DNA of 64,000 bases from a virus (taxonomy: Duplodnaviria > Caudoviricetes): the IMG/VR virus record IMGVR_UViG_3300020037_004820, one strand, 5' to 3'. Positions 46,884 to 56,271 of this stretch are shown here, piece after piece; position 1 is the stretch's first letter; each line of letters starts with the position of its first letter. Position numbers and translations under genes: made by a program. Under the pieces are notes generated by a model, which ran no database searches, was not told the origin of the DNA, and saw nothing but the letters and a program-made list of their open reading frames with translations.

Positions 46884-47120
46884 CTCCCTTCCTATTGATA
46901 GTGGTATGCCACGCAATCAACAACCGACCAGGATAGACAATGGCATGATTAGTGCTTATGTCCTTATCCTATTGACGATCACTAACGCCGTGAATACCTC
47001 TATCAGTCTAAGGTAGTTAGAGCATGGACACTGCGTCCTTACTCTCTCTCCCTTCCTATTGATAGTGGTATGCTACCCAAACATGACGCGCCCACTATCC
47101 ACAATGGCATGAAAGGTGCA
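46884..47120 (-). promoter_or_regulatory. Tandemly duplicated promoter-like unit heading the cassette module
   Basis: 26-bp identical repeat at 46884-46909 and 47048-47073; sigma54-like TGGCATGA..GTGC at 46941 and 47105; both offsets 164 bp. Confidence 0.65.
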
Positions 47121-47226
47121 TAGCGGAAACTAGATGAGAGGTAACACAGAAAGCCCCGGGACCCCCAATTGACCCTTTCTTTAAACGCAGCTCATTTTAA
47201 CAGAATTATAAAAGTTTTGTAAAAAA

Positions 47227-47994
47227 TCATCCGTATTTTGATGATTTTTGTAAATTTTCTTTAGCACTAATAAGACGTAAATTACTTAGTGACCAACATT
47301 CTAAAAATTCTTTAGATAATGGATTCGTTAATTGTTCTTTATCAAAAGCTGACAAAGGTTTTATATGATCAATATGGCAATCAATTAGTTTTAAATTTAG
47401 AGGTTTAGTATTTAATAAATATTTAACAAATTCTTCTTTTGTATAGGGAAGATATCTTAGTTTACCTATTGTTTGTTTAGTTAAACATCTTCTAAGAGCT
47501 TTTCTCATTCTATTAATAATAATTCTATGAGGCTGTTTATTATATTCTTTACGCTTTTCTGTTATTAATGCTTTATTCTTTTGATAATAAGCATATTTCC
47601 ACTTTTGAAGTCGATCAACATTTTTAATTTGATAATCCTTTTGATATTTACTCCAAAGTTCAGGATTTTTCTCACGTTGTTTTTTATTTCGTTTACGTTC
47701 ACTTTCTTTATTTTTTGGAAGTTGTTGTTTATATAAATTTTTACATTTTTTACATTCTCTTCCTTGAGAGACTTCTGATTTATGTTTTATTTCTTTGCAA
47801 CTACTGCAAGTAAATACTTCTAACTCTTGTTTTATAAGAGGTTTTGGTTCTTTTATATCTGCCCAAGTTGTTCCATTTATAGCAGCATATAAAGCAGATT
47901 GTTTGCAATTTAACAATAATGCTATATCTGATATTTTTTTGCCTTCCCAAGCTAAAGTCCGAGCTTGGATTACTATATTTTTCGTAAGTTTCAT
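47227..47994 (-). CDS. HNH homing-endonuclease-like protein
   Basis: CSSC..CKKC; HIDHIKPLSAF..WSLSNLRLISAKENLQKS. Confidence 0.8.
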   Translation of the reverse strand: MKLTKNIVIQARTLAWEGKKISDIALLLNCKQSALYAAINGTTWADIKEPKPLIKQELEVFTCSSCKEIKHKSEVSQGRECKKCKNLYKQQLPKNKESERKRNKKQREKNPELWSKYQKDYQIKNVDRLQKWKYAYYQKNKALITEKRKEYNKQPHRIIINRMRKALRRCLTKQTIGKLRYLPYTKEEFVKYLLNTKPLNLKLIDCHIDHIKPLSAFDKEQLTNPLSKEFLECWSLSNLRLISAKENLQKSSKYG

Positions 47995-48056
47995 AAAATA
48001 AATAGTGTCTTAAATTTAAATGCGCGCCAAATTTTTCAATCTGTTAAAGTCATTTA

Positions 48057-49808
48057 TCAGGGTTTTGGAGCAGGATTAATATCCACAGCAGGAATTGGTT
48101 CATATATATCCTTATCATATTTACCCTGAGTGTGATATAGATCTGCTAAATAAGCTTGACCATGTACAGTGCTATATCCATATAATCTTGTATATCCGCC
48201 TACTATAGCTTTATCCCAGACTCTAGTTCCATCAAATAATTTAGCATTATCTCTTATTATAGCCTTTCCATAGACTCTAGTATTATCTGTAACAATTGCA
48301 CTATCTGTAACGAAAGCATTTTCATATACACATGCCGAACTATCTACTCTAGCTCTTCCAGTCACTTTAGCATTATCTTTTATTACAGCACTATCTCCGA
48401 CAAAAGCTTTACCAGATATATGAGCATTACCTATAACAGCAGCATTATATGCTATCCAACAATCGTCATTTGCTGCTATATTATGAGGTCCTGATACAAA
48501 ACCACCATCTTGATCTTTGTATATATCAGCATGGGTTCCTTGTATATTTTCTCGTGCTCTAATTCTAAAATATTTTCCAGGAGGTAAACTTGGAGGTAAA
48601 CTGTTTCCATCTGCTGGAACAAAGTAATATTTTGTAGAAACTTCTCCATAATCTAATAATTTAGTATTTGGAAAGATATTTTCTTGATTTAATAAAACTC
48701 CACCTTTTTCTGGTTCAAAGAAAACAGCTTGAGTTGGTTCATTGCCGTGAATTGTTGATGAATCATCTCTATCATAAATGCAAGAGATATTCAGAACATT
48801 GCATAATATATTTGCCCAGACTGCTGCATCTTGATCAGCAATTAATCTTGCTAAGTTATATATTTTGTTAAAATATGTTCCTTTATAAGAACCTTTTAAT
48901 CCTCTTTCTAAAGTATCATCTACAGTTTCTTGAAAAGAGTTTCTATAAAGATCAATATGATCTTTTAATTTTTTTTCTGAGTCAAAAGGTAATCCTTCTT
49001 TTTTTGCTTTATTGTTAAAATCAATAATTTCTTTTATTTTTCTTTGTAATTTTTTCTCTTGTTCAGTCATTAGAAGTTCTTCTAATAATTTATAATCTTT
49101 AGCGAAAGCAGATTTATCATAACCCATTGCATTTCCGTTAGAATCAAGAACAATTGATCTTTTTGGTGTGCTTGCTGGGTCCCATTTGAATATAATAACC
49201 CCTGATTCATTGAATGCGTATGGAATTTTCTTATTTTTTATTTTTTCTATCCATTTTGGATTAAAAGGATAAGCATATGTGCCTTTTGGTGTATCATATG
49301 AATAATTTGGATTTATTCCAATTCCATGTTCTCTTGCGCTTGTGAAGCGAATGAATAATAAAGATTTGTTATTTTCTCTCCAAATTAGTTCCAATTTTTT
49401 TAAAATTGGATTAGAATTATGTTCATCATCTTTTAAAGTATAATGAGATGGAGGAGCGGATGGTTTTACTTGTGGAGTTTGTTTTGCTGCCCATTTTTTA
49501 GGTTTGACTTGTTTTTCCCATTCGTCCAGGGCTTCATTATATTTTATGCGTTCATCAAACCATATATTATATTTTTTTATATAATCATCATAATCTTTTT
49601 GCCAAGCTGGTAATACATATGTATTATAATAATGTTTTTGATCTGATGATGCAAATACGGAAAGGTAAGGTTTTTGTCCAGGGCTTACTGGTTCAATAGG
49701 TGCTATAGGTTTTTTAACAGGTTTCCATTTTTTTTCTTTAGGTGCTTCTGTTAAAGAAGATAAATCAAAATTTATTGTGTTCATATTGTTGATGGATTCT
49801 TTGCTCAT
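48057..49808 (-). CDS. Protein with C-terminal left-handed beta-helix (hexapeptide repeats); probably virion-associated
   Basis: CWIAYNAAVIGNAHISGKAFVGDSAVIKDNAKVTGRARV repeats. Confidence 0.75.
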   Translation of the reverse strand: MSKESINNMNTINFDLSSLTEAPKEKKWKPVKKPIAPIEPVSPGQKPYLSVFASSDQKHYYNTYVLPAWQKDYDDYIKKYNIWFDERIKYNEALDEWEKQVKPKKWAAKQTPQVKPSAPPSHYTLKDDEHNSNPILKKLELIWRENNKSLLFIRFTSAREHGIGINPNYSYDTPKGTYAYPFNPKWIEKIKNKKIPYAFNESGVIIFKWDPASTPKRSIVLDSNGNAMGYDKSAFAKDYKLLEELLMTEQEKKLQRKIKEIIDFNNKAKKEGLPFDSEKKLKDHIDLYRNSFQETVDDTLERGLKGSYKGTYFNKIYNLARLIADQDAAVWANILCNVLNISCIYDRDDSSTIHGNEPTQAVFFEPEKGGVLLNQENIFPNTKLLDYGEVSTKYYFVPADGNSLPPSLPPGKYFRIRARENIQGTHADIYKDQDGGFVSGPHNIAANDDCWIAYNAAVIGNAHISGKAFVGDSAVIKDNAKVTGRARVDSSACVYENAFVTDSAIVTDNTRVYGKAIIRDNAKLFDGTRVWDKAIVGGYTRLYGYSTVHGQAYLADLYHTQGKYDKDIYEPIPAVDINPAPKP

Positions 49809-49824
49809 ATGGATAATTAGAGTT

Positions 49825-50685
49825 ATGACATTAACACATATAACATTTAACAATGTTTTGAATGAATATAATAACCCTGAACTGTTTGAATTGGATGAAG
49901 CTGGAGAGATTGCATTTTATCTTATAAAGCAAATGACGAGTTTGCCGAAAGAGAAATGGATAACTGTTGATGATAATTTTCCAGATTCAGATAAGGTTGT
50001 TGCAAATCGAGGATTTTTGGGAACAACACTTATATTGGATAGAAACATATTGGATCAATTATCCAAAAATATTAGACCAGATGTTAAAAAAATATTGGTT
50101 AATTTTATTGTGGGCAAAAATTTAAAGGAACCGATCAATTCTTGGGGAGCTGCGGAAGCTGCGGGTGAAATTGAGGTTAACATATTATTTACAGCTAAAT
50201 CATCTTTGGTAGAGATTCGAAATGAATTGACTCAGACATTGGCGCACGAGTTGAATCATGCTTATGATTATTATGATTTTAATAAACCTAAACAAACCAA
50301 ATCTGCAATGTTACGTAATGATGCAATGAATAAGATGTTTGCGGATATTCAGAAAAGCAAAGCTGATGTTATGCAATATATAAAATCCAAAAATATACAA
50401 GTTGATCAAAATTATATAGAGTTTATACAATGGTTATTAGATTTTAACGAGATAAAAAGCATATCAAAAGAAATTATATATGAAATGGAATATCGTTCAG
50501 TGCCTTATACAGATGCTAATCATATTAGAGTTAGAAATATGATAACGAGTCATTTAATTAAGAAGGTAATAAGAAACAACGCCAATAGTGCAAACGTTAA
50601 TTTGACTAGAGGCGTTGTTAAGATAGCTACAAACTATATTCAACAAATTATTGATATATATAATCAAAGACTGGTTACACCTTGA
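49825..50685 (+). CDS. Hypothetical protein with HExxH zinc-metallopeptidase motif
   Basis: TLAHELNHAYD. Confidence 0.65.
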   Translation: MTLTHITFNNVLNEYNNPELFELDEAGEIAFYLIKQMTSLPKEKWITVDDNFPDSDKVVANRGFLGTTLILDRNILDQLSKNIRPDVKKILVNFIVGKNLKEPINSWGAAEAAGEIEVNILFTAKSSLVEIRNELTQTLAHELNHAYDYYDFNKPKQTKSAMLRNDAMNKMFADIQKSKADVMQYIKSKNIQVDQNYIEFIQWLLDFNEIKSISKEIIYEMEYRSVPYTDANHIRVRNMITSHLIKKVIRNNANSANVNLTRGVVKIATNYIQQIIDIYNQRLVTP

Positions 50686-51613
50686 ACTCAGGTGCTACAG
50701 TATAATTTGGATTTAAAGCTTTTTCTAATAATGGACTTTCAACTATAGGTTCTGACGGATCATCTTTAGTGATCAATTCTTTAAGAATTTCTTGATTTTT
50801 TGCTTGAATATCTGCAACTGGAGGTAATTGTATAACTGTTTCACCAGTGAACATTGCAGAATTTATCTTATCTCTAAATTGATCATTTCTAGTTTTAATA
50901 TCTAATTCTCGTTCATATGCATTTTTTGCGGGCCAGTTATATTTAACTCTTTCTTTAGATAATTCTAACTGTTGAGCCTCTGCTTTACGCATATTTTCTC
51001 TTTTAATTTCTTGTTCTTGTACATATTTTGAGTCTTTTACAGGCTTTTTAGGGATATTTTGTTTCATAATCGAAGCTTTTTGAGCTTCTATCATTTCTTT
51101 AAATTCATCTTTTAAAATTCGTAAAGTTAATGGATCTGTTGTATTTTGAATTTTTTTAACAATTATATCTAAAGGAGTTTCTCTATTTTTTCCGAAGAAT
51201 TTTTCATATAAATCATCAACAATAGGAACTTCTAAAGGTTCAGGTGGTTCTAAATGTTTTTTAGCATTATCTGCCAACCATTTTTCAAAATCTTCCTCAG
51301 TTTCTAAATTAATATATTTTTCTAAAGCATTTTGTGCTTTTTTATGTACATCTTTAACAACATTTACTTTATCTACAACCACTATATTATTATCTATTTT
51401 ATCAGATATTTCTTCAAAAATTTCTACAGGTTCAACAACTAATTTACGTATTTTATCTTTAGGTATGACTGTAGTTTTACTAGGAACAGGTTCCGTATAA
51501 TCTATATATTCTTTATCTTCTGCTTCTTCTTTATCAGATAGACTGCTTAATACTTGCACAAGTTTAGGCGTATCTAATTGATTTAGGAATTCTAATATAA
51601 ACTGTTTATTCAT
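50675..51613 (-). CDS. Charged coiled-coil hypothetical protein
   Basis: 312-aa E/K-rich ORF. Confidence 0.7.
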   Translation of the reverse strand: MNKQFILEFLNQLDTPKLVQVLSSLSDKEEAEDKEYIDYTEPVPSKTTVIPKDKIRKLVVEPVEIFEEISDKIDNNIVVVDKVNVVKDVHKKAQNALEKYINLETEEDFEKWLADNAKKHLEPPEPLEVPIVDDLYEKFFGKNRETPLDIIVKKIQNTTDPLTLRILKDEFKEMIEAQKASIMKQNIPKKPVKDSKYVQEQEIKRENMRKAEAQQLELSKERVKYNWPAKNAYERELDIKTRNDQFRDKINSAMFTGETVIQLPPVADIQAKNQEILKELITKDDPSEPIVESPLLEKALNPNYTVAPEFKV

Positions 51614-52514
51614 TATCTTCATTTTCAATTTCCTCTTCTATAATATCTATATTATCGCCGACATTATAGAAATAATTAATATCAATATCTGGATAATCTG
51701 ATTTTATTCGGTTTTTTATTACGTCAATTGCATCAGGATTAGAATCGATTAATATGAATGATTTATTTTGAGAAGCTGCTGCTAAACCAGTTGTTCCAGA
51801 TCCTGCAAAAAAATCTAAAACAATTCCATTATCAGGACATGATGCATTTAATATGCGTTGTAATAGCTTTATAGGTTTTTGCGTTGGATACCCTGTCTTT
51901 TCTTTACCTGTTGGAGACACTATGGTCATCCACCACGTATCTGTGGGCAGTTTTCCTATTTCTGCCTTATCAGGGCCGACTAATCCTGGTGCCATGTAGG
52001 GAATGCGATCAATTCGCGTAGAATCAAAAAAGTAATTGTTTATATCCTTGACATATACAAGGATGTTATCATGTTTGGTAGGCCATTTAGATTTTTGTTT
52101 TGCGCCATAATCATATGCCCAGATAACTTCATTTAGAAAATTTTCTCTTCCAAATATTGTATCACATAAAACTTTAGCATAATGTACTTCTCTATAATCA
52201 AGATGAAGATAAAATGTTCCAGTTGATTTTAATAATCTATGTGCTTCTTCTATTCTAGGTCTAAGAAAAGATTCTATATAATCATCAAATGTATCATTAT
52301 ATTGAATATTCTTTTCATCAGAAATCTGAATGGTCTTATACGTTTTTCCGCCGAAGCCTTGTCTATCACCTGTTGAAGACGCTTCGGTTTTTATATTTTT
52401 TCTTTTTTGAATTTTACCAGTATTGAAAGGAGGATCAATATAGATAAGATCTATTGATTGTGATTCCATTGATAAAAGGACGGAGAGATTATCTGATCTA
52501 TATACTTCATTCAT
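51606..52514 (-). CDS. Orphan amino-DNA methyltransferase, beta class (likely N6-adenine)
   Basis: IYIDPPF before YPTQKP and LDFFAGSGTTG. Confidence 0.92.
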   Translation of the reverse strand: MNEVYRSDNLSVLLSMESQSIDLIYIDPPFNTGKIQKRKNIKTEASSTGDRQGFGGKTYKTIQISDEKNIQYNDTFDDYIESFLRPRIEEAHRLLKSTGTFYLHLDYREVHYAKVLCDTIFGRENFLNEVIWAYDYGAKQKSKWPTKHDNILVYVKDINNYFFDSTRIDRIPYMAPGLVGPDKAEIGKLPTDTWWMTIVSPTGKEKTGYPTQKPIKLLQRILNASCPDNGIVLDFFAGSGTTGLAAASQNKSFILIDSNPDAIDVIKNRIKSDYPDIDINYFYNVGDNIDIIEEEIENEDNE

Positions 52515-52515
52515 A

Positions 52516-52971
52516 TTATCCCACCAAATGGTCTACAATAATTTCTTGTTCATTCAATAAACCAGGATTTATTAAAATTTTATTTCGTTTAAAATAAGGA
52601 TCACAATATAATGTCCAAGTTTTTGTATTTTGAAAAGTCAATGTTCCCAATTTTGTTTGGGTATATACATCAAACATAGATTTAACTTCATCATTTACAT
52701 ACATGTGAAAATTTAAAGTTGATTCAAATATACAAGCAACTTCGGGAGAAGTTATAATATCTCCTCCATCACTTATTCGAGCAACAAGTTGTAACAGACT
52801 ATCATACCAGTCTATTACTCGACCCGGAAAATCAGGAGGAACTCTTCTGCTCCAAATATGAACTTGATTATTATGAACATCTTTGAGAACTTTATCAAAA
52901 GTATCTTTATCTATTAGATCAATAGTTACTTTAATAGATTCTCTAATAGCTTTTTCATCTTTTTTGGTCAT
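52516..52971 (-). CDS. Short protein resembling the C-terminal part of T4 gp23-type major capsid protein
   Basis: IITSPEVACIFE..KLGTL..LYCDPYFKRNKILI. Confidence 0.55.
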   Translation of the reverse strand: MTKKDEKAIRESIKVTIDLIDKDTFDKVLKDVHNNQVHIWSRRVPPDFPGRVIDWYDSLLQLVARISDGGDIITSPEVACIFESTLNFHMYVNDEVKSMFDVYTQTKLGTLTFQNTKTWTLYCDPYFKRNKILINPGLLNEQEIIVDHLVG

Positions 52972-53156
52972 GAGTCCTCGGGCATGATATTCATCACCCC
53001 TAGTATATAACCATAGAGATATACAGTCCAAAAAGGATGTGTGGGCGCATAAGGGTTCTTATATTCCCAGATTAGCCCAGAATCATAACCCCATAACATC
53101 GCGGAGCTTTCTTCACCAAGTAAGGTATTAATAGGATGTTCAGTATTGTTTTCCAA
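52968..53156 (-). CDS. Small hypothetical protein
   Basis: ORF coupled to neighbour. Confidence 0.5.
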   Translation of the reverse strand: MENNTEHPINTLLGEESSAMLWGYDSGLIWEYKNPYAPTHPFWTVYLYGYILGVMNIMPEDS

Positions 53157-53169
53157 TCATCTTGTCCTC

Positions 53170-53958
53170 TTAGAATGATCCAGTGTAAACAAGCTCAGTT
53201 TTAAATACAATTTCAGGTCTAGTTTCTTGTCGTATAACTGTTGGACCTTTATCATTCGCATCACCATGATGTATATAACCTTTAACAGTTATTCCAAAGG
53301 TATATTCTACTACACGCTCTGTATCAGATATATCATCTAAATTAGATGAATTATTTATATCTTCATCAAATGTCACTTCATATCCATGACCATTGTGAAT
53401 CAATTTAAAACCATTGATGTTAGATGAATATTTGATAAAAGGATTCAAAATTTCATTCATTTGTTGTTGAAAGTTTGATATACAAGATATTTCATATTTG
53501 ATTTCAACATAAGAAGGAACAGGTATAGAGTATATATTATACACTGGACGTTTAGTTTTTAACTTAGGTGTATTAATAGTACCAACGAATCGTTTAGAAT
53601 CTGCATTTGCTCTATCAGATGTTTTATCGTGATTGAGTTCACTATGAACAGGTAGTATAAGAGTTGTAGATGTATTTTTAAAAGCTGTACCTTGTAAAGA
53701 TCCATTTTTCTTATTAGGTTTAGATATGTTCCCTCGTACAATAGCTATAACAGGATATTTGAGAGTATATTTATTATCTACAAGATCTTTATTTCGTTTA
53801 GATAAAAATGCTCTTTCTGCGACAGCAAAATTCACATTTACTTTTTTAACGCCTTCATGAGTATTAACAGATATGTTAAGAATATTATCGACCCAATCTA
53901 ATACGGCTGAGTCGATATTTTCCAGTGATGAAGGTATGTAAATTGGTATATCAGTCAT
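53170..53958 (-). CDS. Tail completion/terminator protein, T4 gp15-like
   Basis: KYPVIAIVR..PVPSYVEIKYEI..QQMNEIL..ERVVEYTFGITVKGYI. Confidence 0.7.
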   Translation of the reverse strand: MTDIPIYIPSSLENIDSAVLDWVDNILNISVNTHEGVKKVNVNFAVAERAFLSKRNKDLVDNKYTLKYPVIAIVRGNISKPNKKNGSLQGTAFKNTSTTLILPVHSELNHDKTSDRANADSKRFVGTINTPKLKTKRPVYNIYSIPVPSYVEIKYEISCISNFQQQMNEILNPFIKYSSNINGFKLIHNGHGYEVTFDEDINNSSNLDDISDTERVVEYTFGITVKGYIHHGDANDKGPTVIRQETRPEIVFKTELVYTGSF

Positions 53959-53979
53959 GTTGAAATTTTTAGGTCGGGA

Positions 53980-54318
53980 TTACAGCCATGGATCACAATC
54001 GAGAAACCCTTTATTTAAATTCATATTTTTAGCATCTTGGGTTAACTCTTGAGAAAGTTCGACCATTCCATTATCTAATGCTGCTCTTAAAGTCTTAGCC
54101 AGACGTGTTCCATCGTGCATAACCAAATAAACATCATTTTTAGCAGATTCGAACAAGGTTTTACCTAATTCTCTAAGTGCTGAATCTTCTACATTCGCCA
54201 GAATCGATGTAATTTCAAGTAGGTCTATTTCTGTAATGGCACATTTCTGTCCATCAACTGTTTGACCAAACCAGGTATCAAATTCTGTATCTGCTGTTAT
54301 TTTTTCATTTTCTTCCAT
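53980..54318 (-). CDS. Hypothetical protein
   Basis: GAGG SD. Confidence 0.65.
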   Translation of the reverse strand: MEENEKITADTEFDTWFGQTVDGQKCAITEIDLLEITSILANVEDSALRELGKTLFESAKNDVYLVMHDGTRLAKTLRAALDNGMVELSQELTQDAKNMNLNKGFLDCDPWL

Positions 54319-54383
54319 AAGAACCTCGCTGGATGTATAAACACTGTGACTATAAAGTCAATGTCTATCTAATTATCATTAGT

Positions 54384-54806
54384 ATGGAAAATCCTCAAAA
54401 GAAAAAAAATTTGGCATTAAAGCAATTTCTTGTTTATGTAATGTCCAGTAAAAAAACGCATATAACTGATATTATCACTCAAATTAGGGCTATTAAAGGT
54501 GTTGTCACCATATCTATATTTGAATCTAGCAAATCTATTGCAGCAGATAAAGACTTTACAAAACTTAAATTAAAATTTTTGCAATATTCGGAAAATACAG
54601 AAGAAAATATAAAACAATTAAAAAAAGATATATTAATGGTTCCTGGAGTATTTAATATCATTTTGAAAATTAAAAAAACAGACTTAGAAGCAAAAGGAGG
54701 AGGTTCTCAACCAACCGCAATTCGTGGAACAGGTGGAGCACCAGTTGTTAAAACTACTAAACCTACAGAAGAGGATTCAGCCGATGGCATCAATAAGAAA
54801 GAATAA
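54384..54806 (+). CDS. Hypothetical (likely late) protein
   Basis: IRAIKGVVTI segment; TCTAATTA upstream. Confidence 0.65.
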   Translation: MENPQKKKNLALKQFLVYVMSSKKTHITDIITQIRAIKGVVTISIFESSKSIAADKDFTKLKLKFLQYSENTEENIKQLKKDILMVPGVFNIILKIKKTDLEAKGGGSQPTAIRGTGGAPVVKTTKPTEEDSADGINKKE

Positions 54807-55104
54807 GTTATGGAAAGAGTTGTATAATAAATCATTTGAAAATAATCTTGCAATTTTACAAGATAAAGATTGGGAATCAATGTTTCAGGATATTATAACA
54901 GAATTTTTAACAACAGGAATTGATCCTTTTATTTTATTAGCGCATAAGAATAATAATTTATCTTCTATAGAAAAAACTAAAGAAGATATTGATAAAGCAG
55001 TTGAAATTTTATTGCAAGAAATACATGAGCATGAAGGTGCAATTCAAAAAGAATTGGAAGAAATACCTTCTTATATTAAGAAATCAAAAAAGGATAAAAA
55101 ATAA
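54784..55104 (+). CDS. Hypothetical protein
   Basis: GAGGA SD. Confidence 0.6.
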   Translation: MASIRKNKLWKELYNKSFENNLAILQDKDWESMFQDIITEFLTTGIDPFILLAHKNNNLSSIEKTKEDIDKAVEILLQEIHEHEGAIQKELEEIPSYIKKSKKDKK

Positions 55105-56168
55105 TGCAAGAATATATTCAAAAATTAGATAATTATTTAGCCGAAATAAAAAAAATATTATCTATCTTATCAGCTAAAGATGTTAGTTCACCTACAGTAA
55201 GCGCTGTAAAGGTAATAGAAGCTTGGCTAAATCAAATAAAAGCATTGTTCGGAGAGATGGCTAAGACGGCTAAATCCCCCGAATCCACTCCTATAGCAAG
55301 AGCAGATGCTCAAACTGCTCAAGGTCAATCTCCTGATAACCAGAAACCTATTCAGCAAGAAATGTCCAGCATGGCAGCGTCTAGTGCCAGTGGCGTATCA
55401 GGTGGAATTGATTTAGGCTCTGATGACGAAATAGAAGAAGAAACAGATGAAGATGAAGATTCTTTATTTCTAAAAGAAGGTACACTTCCTTTACGTGAAA
55501 TAATAAGAAAAGCAATCTCTACATTACATACTACAGGTAAAATAGTAGATTTTTCTTCTCTATATGAAGAATTAGATTTAGGAGAACCTCCGCAAGTAGG
55601 TGCACCTGCTCAGCAACCAGAAAAAGTTGATACAGGAAAAAGCTTAGCAAATGAATTGTTTCCTCAAATATCTACTTTAGTAGAAAAACAGTATAATTTG
55701 CTAAAAACTTCAGATGCTCAAAGACAGGCATATACACAACAATTGTTAAAAGCACTAGAAGTTGGATTTTCAAAATTAGAAGTTCAATTTAATGTTGCAA
55801 TGGCAGGAGGAGGAACACCTATTAAGACAAAAACTGGTGATAAAAGTGAAGAAGATTCTTTCCATGCAGCAATTGATATTCCAGGAATAGATCCTACAGG
55901 AAAGAGCTTTGCAATACAAACATATAAAGCAGTTTTTCCTAAAATATCTACTGCTTTAAATGGAGAACCTCCACAATTTGGATTAACAGATCCATCTGAT
56001 CGTCAATCTTTTTCAACAACTGTAACATCTAAAGTACAAGAGTTGTGCACAAGTTTAGAGCAGCATATGTCTCAAGCAGCTAAACCGCCTGCGCCAGCAC
56101 CCGCGCAAGCATTACAAGGGCAACCACCTGCTAAAACAAATGCTAATAGCAACTTCTTAATGCCATAA
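55104..56168 (+). CDS. Hypothetical protein, 354 aa, low-complexity linkers
   Basis: Long ORF, TAATG coupling. Confidence 0.75.
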   Translation: MQEYIQKLDNYLAEIKKILSILSAKDVSSPTVSAVKVIEAWLNQIKALFGEMAKTAKSPESTPIARADAQTAQGQSPDNQKPIQQEMSSMAASSASGVSGGIDLGSDDEIEEETDEDEDSLFLKEGTLPLREIIRKAISTLHTTGKIVDFSSLYEELDLGEPPQVGAPAQQPEKVDTGKSLANELFPQISTLVEKQYNLLKTSDAQRQAYTQQLLKALEVGFSKLEVQFNVAMAGGGTPIKTKTGDKSEEDSFHAAIDIPGIDPTGKSFAIQTYKAVFPKISTALNGEPPQFGLTDPSDRQSFSTTVTSKVQELCTSLEQHMSQAAKPPAPAPAQALQGQPPAKTNANSNFLMP

Positions 56169-56271
56169 GCTAAGTTATCGGACATACACTCTCTTTTTGG
56201 AAGACAATTAGAGGGTGTCTATTAATTAATTGCTTAATAGCAGTTAAAAATTAAACATAGGTTAACAGTAG

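Noticed and set aside
51606-52514. Restriction-modification system
   Set aside because: No adjacent endonuclease; orphan MTases are common in phages.
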